Assembly (NCBI RefSeq): GCF_039654945.1
Contig: NW_027361673.1
Location: forward strand, 26,102,001-26,166,000
Length of the DNA stretch: 64,000 bases
DNA from: Dendrobates tinctorius
Lineage: Eukaryota
Direction of reading: 5' to 3'
Position 1 is the first letter of the stretch, and every line of letters starts with the position of its first letter. Shown in pieces: positions 23,010-34,447 of this stretch. A model generated the notes under the pieces. The model worked only from the letters and a program-made list of their open reading frames with translations. It was not told where the DNA came from and did not search any database. A program made the translations under genes and the position numbers.

Positions 23010-26000
23010 CCCCTTTACCCCCCAAGGGTGGTTTGCATGTTAATGACCAGGCCAATTTTTACAATTCTGACCACTGTCCCTTTATGAGGTAATAACTCTG
23101 GAACGCTTGCCTGGATCCCGGCGATTCTGACACTGTTTTCTCGTGACATATTGTACTTCATGTTAGTGGTAAAATTTCATTGATATAACTTGTGCTTATT
23201 TGTGAAAAAAAAACGGAAATTTGGCAAAAATTTTGAAAATTTTGCAATTTTTCAACTTTGAATTTTCATGCCCTTAAATCACACACACATGGAACACAAA
23301 ATACTTAATAAGTAACATTTCCCACATGCTTACCTTACATCAGCACAATTTTGGAACCAAAATTTTTTATTTGTTAGGAAATTATAAGGGTTAAAATTTG
23401 ACAAGCAATTTCTCATTTACAACACCATTTTCTTTCAGGGACCACATCACACTTAAAGTCACTTTGAGGGGTCTATATGATAATCCCCAAAAGTGACACC
23501 ATTCTAAAAACTGCACCCCCCAAGGTGCTCAAAACCACATTCAAGAAGTTTATTAACCCTTCATGTGCTTCACAGGATTTTTTTCTCGGACACCATGTTG
23601 CGTTTGGAAAGCCCCTGATGTACCAAAACAGCGGAAACCCCCCACAAATGACACCATTTTGGAAACTAGATCCCCCAAGGAACTTATCTAGATGTGTGGT
23701 GAGCACTTTGAACCCCCCAGTGTTTCACAGAAGTTTATAATACCCGGGCGTGAAAATAAAAAAATCGTATTTTTTCCACAAACATGATCATTTAGTCCCC
23801 AATTTTTTATTTTCCCAAGGGTACCAAGAGAAATTGGACCCCAAAAGTTTTTGTCCTGAGTATGCTGATACTCCACATGTGGCAGAAAACTACTGTATGG
23901 GCACATGTCAGGGCTCGGAACGGAAGTAGTGACGTTTTGGAATGCAGACTTTGATGGAATGGTCTGCGGGTGTCATGTTGCCTATGGAGAGCCCCTGATG
24001 TGCCTAAACAGTGGAAACCCCCCATAAATGAAACCATTTTGGAAACTAGACCCCCCAGGGAACTTATCTAGATGTGTGGTGAGAACTTTGAACCCCCAAG
24101 GGCTGCACAGAAGTTTATAACGTACAGCTGTAAAATTAAAAAATCATATTTTTTCCACAAACATGATCTTTTAGTCCCCAATTTTTCTTATTTTCCCAAG
24201 GGTAACAGCAGAAATTGTACCCCAAAAGTTGTTGTCCAATTTGTCCTGAGTACGCCGATACCCCATATGTGGGAGAAAACTACTGTATGGGCACACGGGG
24301 CTCGGAAGGGAAGTAGTGACGTTTTGGAATGCAGACTGATGGAATGGGGTGTCATGTCACGTTTGGAGAGCCCCTAATGTGCCTAAACAGTGGAAACCCC
24401 CAACAAGTGACCCCATTTTGGAAACTAGACCCCTCAGGGAACTTATCTAGATGTGTGGTGAGCACTTTGAACCCCCAAGTGCTTCAAAGAAGTTTATAAC
24501 GCTTGGACGTGAAAATAAAAAAATCATTTTTTCCACAAGAATGATCTTTTAGTCCCAAATTCTTTTATTTTCCCAAGGGTAACAGGAGAAATTGGACCCC
24601 AAAAGTTATTGTGCAATTTGTCCTGAGTAGGCTGATACCCCATATGTGGGGGTAAACCACTGTGGGCGCATGGCAGAGCTTGGAAGGGAAGGAGCACCAT
24701 TTGACTTTTTCAGCGCGGAATTGGCTGGAATTGAGATCAGACGCCATGTCACGTTTGGAGAGCAACTTGATGTGCCTGAACAGTGGAAACCCCCCAATTC
24801 TAACTCCAACCCAAACCCCAACACACCCCTAACCCTAATCCCAACCCTAACACTAACCCTAGCCCTAATGGGAAAATGGAAATAAATACATTTTTTTAAA
24901 TTTTAATATTTTCCCTAAGGGGGTGATAAAGGGTGTTTGATTTACTATTTATAGCGGGTTTTTATATTTGGCAGCTGTCACACGCTATTTTGCAAAAAAT
25001 AGTTTTTGCATCATCACATTTTAAGAGCTATAGTTTTTCCATATTTTGACCCAAAGAGTCATGTGAGATCTTATTTTTTGCAGGACAAGTTGATGTTTTT
25101 ATTGGTACCATTTTGGGCACATGACATTTTTTGATCGCTTTTTATTCCAATTTTTGGGATGCAGATTGAAGAAAAACCAGCAATTCACGAATTTCTTTTT
25201 TTTTGGGGGGGGGGGGGCGTTTACACCGTTCCGCGTGTGGTAAAATTGATGAGGCGGTTTTATTCTTCGGGTCAGTACGATTACAGCGATACCTCATTTA
25301 TATCATTTTTTATGTTTTAGCGCCTTTATACAATAAAACCTATTTTATATGAAAAATAATTATTTTTGCATAGCTTTATTCTGCGAGCTATAACTTTTTT
25401 TGTTGCTGATGATGCTGTATGGCGGCTCGTTTTTTTGCGGGACAAGATGACGTTTTCAGCGGTACCACTTTTATTTATATCCGTCTTTTTGATCATGTGT
25501 TATTGCACTTTTCGTTCGGCTGTATGATGATAAAGCATTGTTTTTTGCTTTTTTTTTTTGAAGAGGTTCACTAAAGGTGTTACCTAGTTGGACAGTTTTA
25601 TAGGGAGGGTCGTTACAGACGCGGTGATACTAAATATGTGTACTTTTATTTTTTTTCATTTACAAAAAAGAATTAGGGAATATTTTAAAAAAAATTTATT
25701 TAGGAATTTGTAAAAAATTATTTTTACACGTGTGTTTTTTTTTACTTTATTATATTGTCCCAGTGTGGGACATTACTGTATAAAGTCAGATCGCTGATCT
25801 GACACTTTGCAAAGCATTGTGTCATCAGATCAGCGATCTGACAGGCAGTGGCAGGTGGCTTCTCAGTGCCTGCTGAGAGCAAGCACTGAGAAGCCACCTC
25901 CCTGCGGGACCTGGAAGGCCCCCGCGACCATCTTGGATCCAGGAGCCTGCAGGGAGGAGGCCCTTGGAACAACGCGAGCACATCGCGTTTTTCTGAGGGT

Positions 26001-26279
26001 CTCAGGGAAGCACGCAGGTAGCCCCCTCCCTGTACAATTCTTCCCTATGCTCCGGTACACGTTTGATTGCAGTGTGCCGGGGGTTAATGTGTCGGAACGG
26101 TCCGGGACCGCACCTGGCACATAGTGCCGTGTGTCAGCTGTGATAATCAGCTGACACCCGGCCACGATCAGCTGCGCTTCCCCGTAAGCGCAGCTGATCG
26201 CTATGATGTACTATCCCGTTCACGGTCATATGGGCCCAGGGCACCTGGACGGGATAGTACATCAGATGTCAGGAAGGGG
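23010..26279 (+). mobile_element. piggyBac-like non-autonomous element (3.3 kb; strand arbitrary)
   Basis: TTAA-CCCCTT...AAGGGG-TTAA, internal tandem blocks, a CCCTAA-like tract and no transposase ORF. Confidence 0.8.
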
Positions 26280-26609
26280 TTAAGTTATATTCTCCCTGCA
26301 GCCACTTGTTTCCAGTCATTGTGATGGTGCAGGGAGCAGTTACAGCCACCACTCACTACAAAGTCAGTGTGCTGTAATCAATCACTCCCTGTCACACCGA
26401 TTGACAGCCTGTTTTGCACATGTGCTGCAGAGCACGCTGTCAAAGTGCCAGGGAGAGATTAAAGCACAGTGCTGTCGGTGAGCAGTGACTAACAGCTTCC
26501 TCCCTGATGACTGGAGAAGAGCAGCTGCAGGGAAGCATATCAATTCATTCTCTCCCTGTAGCCACTGCTTTAGTAAATCAGCAAGACATGATTTAAATGT
26601 TATTTACCT

Positions 26610-26825
26610 TGAGATTGCAGCACTGGGGTCCTGGGTTCAAGTCCAACCAAGGACAACATCTGCAAGGAGTTTGTGTGTTCTCCACCGTGTTTGCGTGGGT
26701 TTCCTTCAGGTTCCATCCCATAATCCAATGACATACAGATAGGGAATTTAGATTGTGAGCCGCAATGGGGACAGTGCAGATAATGTCTGTAAAGCGCTGT
26801 GGAATTAATGGCGCTATATAAGTGA
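26610..26825 (+). mobile_element. V-SINE-like SINE, 5' truncated; its tail continues at 27998-28025
   Basis: B-box-like GGTTCAAGTCC, core GGAGTTTGTGTGTTCTCC...GCGTGGGTTTCC, and tail TGTAAAGCGCTG...GCGCTATATAA. Confidence 0.65.
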
Positions 26826-26944
26826 TACAGGAAAGAGATATATTTTTGTACCATGTTAGCCAGTAGATAGAAGAATATTTAGAATTGAGAGTCCTCAGTG
26901 GTTGATACCTTTTAATGGCTAACTGAAAAGATGGTAACACATTG

Positions 26945-26980
26945 CAAGCTTTCGAGACTACTCAGGTCTCTTCATCAGGT
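26945..26980 (-). ncRNA. Minimal hammerhead-ribozyme-like core
   Basis: Minus strand reads CTGATGA, GAGAC/GTCTC stem, GAAA, then an AAGCTT palindrome, inside the Penelope terminal repeat. Confidence 0.6.
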
Positions 26981-27888
26981 TAGACTAATACAAAATCTGA
27001 AGAATCACATATTTATACACAAGACAGCACAGAAATAACACAATAGCTAAGACAAGTGATGTGAAGCGGAATAGTCATTAAGGGAGAGATAAGCATAAAT
27101 ACTGGAACAGTTCATAGATAAGCAGTGTGAAGCTTTTATTGCCCTTTGATTGCGTCTGTCTGGTTCTGTGTTGTGATGACCCCAGAAGGTCTGAAGAGCA
27201 AATTAATTGATGTAAAAAGACATAAATCCATGAGACACACTCATTCCTGCACTGAATGTGTGGAAAGTTTTCATAAATTTGTACTCCGAGATTCTTCTCT
27301 CTCTCGGAGACTTGAAGTTACCTTTTAATACAGGTCATGCTATGAACAGGGATACAAAAATGTTTTGCCACAGGTAGATCCATTCTTTTTTCTCTTATTG
27401 TGTGGAGATGAGAATTCATCCTTGTTCTCAGTTTTTGCCCTGTCTCCCCCACATACAGACCCCCAGGTGGACATTTAGTACAAATAATTAAGTACACCAC
27501 ATTAGATGTGATGCAGCTGAAAGTACCTGGGATCTTGTAGTCCTGATGTGAGTTGGGGTTCTTTATCTTGTCCGTGGTCATTATAAATGGACAGGTTTTA
27601 CATTTTTTCTGGTTGCAAGGAAAGGTTCCTGCAGCTGTTGGAGAGGACAGGGAGCTTCTGACAATGATGCTTCTTAATATTTGGGGGCTGCCTAAAACAC
27701 AGCAGTGGGGTTCTGGAAATATGGATTGTAATCGGGCATCTTTTTGCAGTAAAGGTTCCAATATTTATGCTTATCCCTCTCCCATAATGACTATTCCGCT
27801 TCACATCACTTGTCTTAGCTATTGGGTTATTTCTTTGCTGTGTTGTGCATAAATATGTGATTCTTCAGATGTTGTATTATTAGTCTAT

Positions 27889-27924
27889 GCCTGATGAATA
27901 GACCTGAGTAGTCTCGAAAGCTTG
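27889..27924 (+). ncRNA. Minimal hammerhead-ribozyme-like core (inverted copy)
   Basis: CTGATGA at 27891-27897 and GAAA at 27916-27919, with one mismatch in stem II. Confidence 0.55.
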
Positions 27925-28160
27925 CAAATTGTTACCATCTTTTCAGTTAGCCATTAAAAGGTATCAACTACTGAGGACTGTCAATTCTGAATATTCTGCT
28001 ATATAAGTGAGCATAATAAATAATATTCTACAGGTGAATAGCGTTTTTTGGAGGAGACAGGTTCCCTTTGAATAATGCATCCTACAGAAACAATACATCT
28101 GCTTGTGAAATGTCAAGAAGGAAACAAAGAAAAGACACATTCTAGCTCATTATCACTTAC

Positions 28161-28292
28161 TCTTCTCTTCTCTTTAACTTTTCTCTTGCTTTTGGAGCAT
28201 GAGCCAGAAGAAACCATTGTAGAGATGGTGGGTCACACGCAGCTGGTATGATGAAATGTCCCATCTCATGTAAACGTGGCACATAATGATCA
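28161..28292 (-). CDS. TCAIM: TCAIM penultimate coding exon (132 nt)
   Basis: DHYVPRLHEMGHFIIPAACDPPSLQWFLLAHAPKAREKLKRREE; AG and GTAAGT boundaries; phases fit both neighbours. It is not in the ORF track. Confidence 0.9.
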
Positions 28293-28374
28293 CTGTATAT
28301 TACCGGAAAATACAATAGGTTTAGAACAGCAGCCTAATTTTAATGTCTTTCTAGCAGTGTTTTTATTTTGCTTT

Positions 28375-30562
28375 GTTTTAAACATCTTTTTATTGTTTTA
28401 ACAAAAGGATGAAACAATACATGCGACTAGCAAGATCAAGCAACATTATTTACATGAGTTACCAGTCCGGCGTTGCTGTACATATATTAACATCATAAGC
28501 AATAACACTTGAAGTACCCAATCTTTTAACAGGTCAGACAATGTGTATCCAAGTTTTCATATTTGAAATCTTGAGTCAAAGGGAAAGACCTTGACATAGA
28601 GCGCAGGTAGAAATGTGCATACCAGTCGCAACGTAGTACAAGTCTTAAAACTAAGGGGGAAAAACAACAGTTAGGTAGAAAGGAAGGAAAGAGGAAGGGG
28701 GGGATGTTAAAGGATGGAGAAGGAATTCTAGTCAGGGGGGATGTCCAGTCGTTAGATGTTGTGCCCTGTCAATCTGGATAGTCAACTGGCGTTGCTTCAT
28801 GCATAATTGGTCTTAGGGCAAACTAATCTTGCTTACTTAGAGTTTAGCAGATTTAAGTATTCGTCTGTTTCTCTATAGAGTGTCCAGGGCGCCCAGGTCA
28901 AACCGAATCTAACTAGCTTGAATGACGTGCTAGCTATTATTTCTTCTATGTGGTATATCTGATTTACCTTGTGGTGTAACCATTCTGACAGGGTGGGGCT
29001 GTTCTGTGATAGACAATTCAAGGGGATGAGCATTTTAGCTGCTGCCAACAGATATGTAAGAAGCTTTTTGTATTTTTATTGTGCAATATCACTTGACCAG
29101 TTTAGAAATATCAATTTCAAAGATGGGGGGTTTGGCAGCTGGCAAAGTTTTTTCGTAATTTTATGTACCTTACTCCAGGAAGGTTTTGTCGCATTGCCAC
29201 CATATGTGCAAAAATTATCCCCTCTCACCGATACATCTCCAGCAATTAGAGGAAGCATCAGGCTGCCAAATCTGCCTTGTGTCAGGGGTGGTATACCACC
29301 TGGTAAGGATCTTGTAAGAGTTTTCTTGAACTCTCACACAGCCAGAAGGGCCATGCGAGTTTTTATATATCTTTTCCACCTCCCAATCCCTCAATTCCAC
29401 CCCCAGGTCTCTTTCCCATTTCAATATAAACGCCCATTTAGCAGAGGTTGAGCGAGCTAGGAGCATCTGGTAGAGTTTACCCAGCACACCCCTTGGTTTA
29501 TTCCTCTGGGTCAGCATCTTTCCAAAGCCTGTCAACTCTCTATATGGTAGTCCTGATTGTAAGTATGATCTGATCGCACTTTTGAGCCTGTTGTAATGAA
29601 GAAAGTTAATGTGGTAATGTGGGAATTTAGTTTGTAGATCTTGCAGAGAGAGGATTACACCATCTTCTATGAAAGCATCTAGACTTTCGTTTATTTTATG
29701 TAGAGAGTCTGTGTCCTTAATTAAAGGGCGGTCTAGATATAGGCCAGGCAGGTCTCTTACTTTTATTACCGGTGACGGAAGCGGCATTAGTGAGGAGGAA
29801 AATCTGGTCCAAGTCTTAATTAAATTTCTTGTTATTGCGTTTGGGGAAAAAGCTCACATTGTGGGACCTGTAGACGTGTGGAGAATAGCAGAGATTGGTA
29901 CTGTTAATGACTCGTTTGCAATCCCTGTCCATAGTTTGTGGTTACTATCTCTCACCCAATCAATTAGCAGTGACAGAGTCGCTGCCGCGTGGTATTTTTG
30001 TGGGTCTGGGATTCCCATGCCTCCTTTATGTTTAGGTAGGGACAGTGTATTATAGCTTATTCTCGGTTTTAAGCCCCCCCATATATACTTCCCAAAAAGA
30101 GATCTGAAATTTTGGATGAACGTGTCTGGGACTTTAATAGGTAGCATTCTAGATATATAACTGTATTTGGGTAAAATGATCCCTTTAATGAGGTTCTTTC
30201 GTCCTATCCAGGATACATAGGGCGCTCTCCACGACTTAATAGTTTCTAAAGTATTATCAAGAAGGGGAACGAAGTTGAGTGAGAAAAAGGGAGTTCCAAT
30301 ATGGGCTTAGTTTTATACCTAGGTATTTAATATATTTAGAGTTCCATTTTATTGGGAATTTAGCTTTCAAATTTCGGATTGTTGTGTGCCGTATATTTAT
30401 CCCCATCGCCTCAGATTTCTCTAGATTAATCTTAAAATTTGATAGCTCTCCGAATGCCTCGAACCTTTCCAATACCACCGGAATTTCTTTCTCAGGGTCT
30501 GATAGTAGTAATAGAAGATCGTCTGCGAACGCCGCTACAACATGTGAGGAGTCTGAGATCTC
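28375..30562 (-). mobile_element. 5'-truncated L1-clade LINE (3' half of ORF2 and 3' UTR)
   Basis: FADDLLL, KYLGIKL, GGMGIPD, KWERDL and CWRC motifs; AATAAA near 28394-28389. Confidence 0.85.
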
Positions 30563-30745
30563 TAGCAGTGTTTTTAGATAGTGTAAATGGATGTGAAATG
30601 AAAACAAAAAAAAACAAATTATGAAAATAAGTACTATCATAGCTTGGCATAACTGAAAATGTTCGATGGTCTCCTTTGTCACACATCCAGTCTTTTTATT
30701 TATAATCTCAACACATAAAATGTGCTCTGGTTAAAGCACGATTAA

Positions 30746-31795
30746 CCCCATTACCCCAAAGCCTTGTTTTCACCTTCCTGACCAGGTGATTTTTACAATT
30801 CTGACCAGTGTCATTTTATGAGGTTATAACTCTGGAACGCTTCAATGGATCCCAATGATTCTGAGACTGTTTTCTTGTGATAACTATACTTCATGTTAGT
30901 GGTAAAATTTATTTGATATGACTTGCGTTGTTTTGTGAAAAAAATGGAAATGTGGCAATTTTCAAACTTTTAATTTTAATACCTTTAAATCAGAGTCCTA
31001 TCACACAAAATGATTGATAAACAACATTTCCCACATGTCTACTTTACATCAGCACAATTTTTGAAACATAATTTTTGTTTGTTAGGAAGGTAGAAGGGTT
31101 AAAAGTTGACCAGCGATTTCTCATTTTTACAACAAAATTTGCAAAACCATTTTTTTTAGGGACCACCTCACATTTGAAGTGACTTTTAGGGGCCTATATG
31201 ACAGAAAATACCGAAAAGTGACAACATTCTTAAAACTGCACCCCTCAAGGTGTGCAAAACCACATTCAAGAAGTTTATTAAGCCTTCAGGTGCTTAACAG
31301 GAATTTTTGGAATGTGAAAGAAAAAAATAAACAGACCATAGAACTTGTTTTGCAATTTCTCCTGAGCATGCCAATACCCCATATGTGAGGAAAAACTACT
31401 GTTTGGGCGCATGGCAGGACTCGGAAGGGAAGGAGCGCCATTTCACTATTTGAATGTAAAATTTGCTGGAATAATTAGCGGATGCCATGTTGCATTTGGA
31501 GAGCCCCTGATCTGCCTTAACAGTGGAAACCCCCAAACAAGTGACACCATTTTGGAAACTAGACCTCTTAGAGAACTTATCTAGATGTGTATTGAGCACA
31601 TTGAACCCACAGGTGCTTCACAGAAGAATATAACGTAGAGCCGTGAAAATAGAATTAAAAAAAAAAAACCACATTTTTACCAAATAAATGTTTTTTAGCT
31701 CCAAATTTTGCATTTTTGTAAGGTTAACAGGAGAACTTGCTCCATACAATTTGTTGTGCAATTTCTCCTGCGTGTGCAGATACCCAATATGTGTA
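30746..31795 (+). mobile_element. Left part of a related piggyBac-like non-autonomous element
   Basis: TTAA-CCCC start; diverged homology to 23010-24600; no right end found. Confidence 0.65.
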
Positions 31796-33166
31796 CTTTT
31801 ATTGTTTTTTTTTTTATTTAAATAAATGTATTTATTGGAAAGATATTTAATTCTTTTTTTTTTCTTTATCTGGGGATATTTTTAATATATCAAAAACAAA
31901 AATCATAGACTTTAAAAATGTTCAATATGTTTTAAAGATTACAAGCTATATCAGAAGTTTACAATCAATGCTGATATTCCTTAAAATATTACATGTTTTA
32001 ATGGAACTGTGTCACACTAAAATGCATAGTCCACAAGACACAATTTAGGGGATCTTTTACTGAGGGCGTTTACTTTTTAAATTCTGCTTGAATGATAATG
32101 GTGAAGAAAAAATATCATTATTTCTTTCTAATCCCTCCCAATTATGCAAATAATGTACTGAAAGTGTATTAAAATACTTACTTGTTTCAGTCTTCCCTGA
32201 TTTCTAACTCCGGCCGTCTTCTGGCCCACATGACTGCTCTCCAGCTTCGCTGGCTCATACTATGAGGGGCGATATTGTTTTTCCAGTGTAAGTGTGCGAG
32301 ATTCAGCATGAGGAACCATAGACTTAGAGCTCATGCAGATGGTCCATGGATCTTATTCCAGCCCACAATGCATGGACTGGCCGCAGCTCTTTCAACTCGA
32401 GCGTGACAGCCGCAGCCAGTCCGTGGTGCATTGTGGGCTGTGCTTGGACTGACTTTCACAGAAGTCTGGATGAGCTCTTTCGCTCGGTGTGTGCTAGCGG
32501 GTCTGATTTCAGTTCACATGGGCCAGAGTGGTGCTGGTAACCAGCAAAGACAGCAATATATAAATATTTAATACACTTACCTCGTATACATTATTCGGAT
32601 GGATTGGGGGGAGACGGGGAATTGATGAAGCATTTACTTTACTTTGTGTTACAAGAACCAATATCCTAAATAAGTTAAATAAAAAGAAGAGGTCTTTAAT
32701 AAATAACAGCACATTATACAATGGATTGGATTTGCCAGTGTGGAGATCCCTAGTTTGGTGGGAAGCACAGAAATCTGCAGTTACAGGTTCACTCTTCCAA
32801 TCTTGCTGCATATTTGGGCATATTCAAATAATGTGACTTTTTAAATTATTTTTATAAATTTATAGCGATTATCTAGCATCTGAATAAAAATAAAACGAAA
32901 CCAGCAAAATAAAAAAACAAAACATTTTTTCCCCAACAATCCACCAGATCTTTGCTTATATTGTCCTGCATGCAATCAGCGTTATTGCTTGTGTGCCGAG
33001 CGGTGATGTCAGTAAAGCATGGTACCTGACCGCCAAGTCACATTCTCTGCAGCGAATCAGCATTAAGTCACAGGAGAAAAGATGATATCACTAGGGTTTC
33101 ACTTTTTGTTTTGTAACGTATAGTTTTGTGTCACTTTTATAACATATCTGGTTCCAATAACTCTTA

Positions 33167-33384
33167 GGCCTCTTTCACACTTCCGTTTTTTCTTGTCAGT
33201 TAAAATCCGCCAAAATGGCGGAAAGCGGATCCGTTTGTAACTGATGCAAACGGATGCCACCGGACCGTTTTTTGAGAGAGAGACAGAGAGAGAGAGAGAG
33301 AAAGAGAAAAAAATGGCGGATCCGTTTTTTTCAAAAACTGGCGTATTTTGACTGATGGTCAAAAATGGAAGTGTGAAAGAGGCC
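33167..33384. mobile_element. Harbinger-type MITE with internal (GA)n
   Basis: TTA TSD; TIR GGCCTCTTTCACACTTCC / GGAAGTGTGAAAGAGGCC. Confidence 0.85.
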
Positions 33385-33449
33385 TTAATCACTGCTGTAT
33401 GAATTGCAGCCACTTGAAAAAGCAGCATATTATACCAGCTGTCACTTAC

Positions 33450-33682
33450 TTTTCTAGTATCATCTGCAGTCCACGTAAACTGCGAGGGTGAATGGGCACT
33501 CTTCTATTTAGCAGCTTTTTGCAGAACGCATCAAGGACTGAGTAATATTCCTCCATGGTCAACAATGGTTGCAGTTCCTCAATGTGAACTATATCTATTC
33601 CCCCAAGGAGGTGGCTAATCCGATCCTGTAGCTGCAGCAACTTTCTTTGAAGTACATAGTAGCTGGGTAACCTTTCAAAAAG
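33450..33682 (-). CDS. TCAIM: TCAIM coding exon (233 nt)
   Basis: LFERLPSYYVLQRKLLQLQDRISHLLGGI...HPRSLRGLQMILE; polypyrimidine-AG acceptor and GTAAGT donor. Confidence 0.92.
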
Positions 33683-34447
33683 CTTGAAAAAAAAAACCAA
33701 AAAAAAAACAACATAAAATAAATGTGATAGCACATTGTTTGCAAATTACATACTGCATACATTTTTAGCTTTAATATAAGACTTGATCATCTGATATCCA
33801 ACCATTTTCAGTATTGGTGTTGACATGTTTAAAATGAAGCCTTTCATCTTTCTTAGGCTGGTTTCACACTAGCGTTTTATCGTGCGCTATCGGGCGCATG
33901 CACAATGTTCTCCTATCTCTAACATGGCGGGCGCAATGTTTAGCGATTGCACGCACTCATCAGCATTTGCGTGTGCTGCGCATTTTCCAGGTGTGCATCC
34001 ATATGCGCCATACGCTACATGTTGCATTTTTTGCTCCGCCCAACATCGTTAAAAAATCGCACGGGCACGGTATGCGCAAAAAAAATAGCATTACAGTCTA
34101 TGGGGTCGCTGACGTGCGCTTGGATGTGCGCATGTCAGCGCTTTTTGCGTGCACGCGATTTGCGTAAACAATGTCTAGACACTTGTTTAAACCTCCCCCT
34201 AAACAAGCAACATTGCTTGGAAGGAGTGTAGATAAAAAAAGGTGTCTTCAGGGCCACACCACTACAGCCTTGAAGATAAGAGCAGCTACAGACAGCAAGA
34301 GAAGAGCAGCTACAGACAGCCTTGAATAGACCAGACAAGAGCCTTGGATTCAAGCTTCAGCAGCCAAAATGTGCGTATTCTTCAACATAATGTCTGTGTC
34401 CTGTAAAATTTATTATGTACTAATGTTTTTTTTGTTTAAATTTTAGC

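Larger units (their letters stand above)
26826..27997 (-). mobile_element. Truncated Penelope-like element with GIY-YIG remnant and inverted terminal repeat copy
   Basis: VVYLIICTKC...LYVGETGQKLRTRMNSH at 27761-27318; 26870-27100 is inverted at 27762-27996; flanking direct repeat GCTATATAAGTGA. Confidence 0.85.
22888..28067. mobile_element. T2/Kolobok-like MITE expanded by three nested insertions
   Basis: Ends AAGGAACCTGT and ACAGGTTCCCT with degenerate TTAA flanks; the body is palindromic at 26284-26609. Confidence 0.6.

Noticed and set aside
32326-32478. Imperfect palindrome as a structured ncRNA
   Set aside because: It looks like the centre of a decayed palindromic MITE; I found no termini or RNA family motif to support more.
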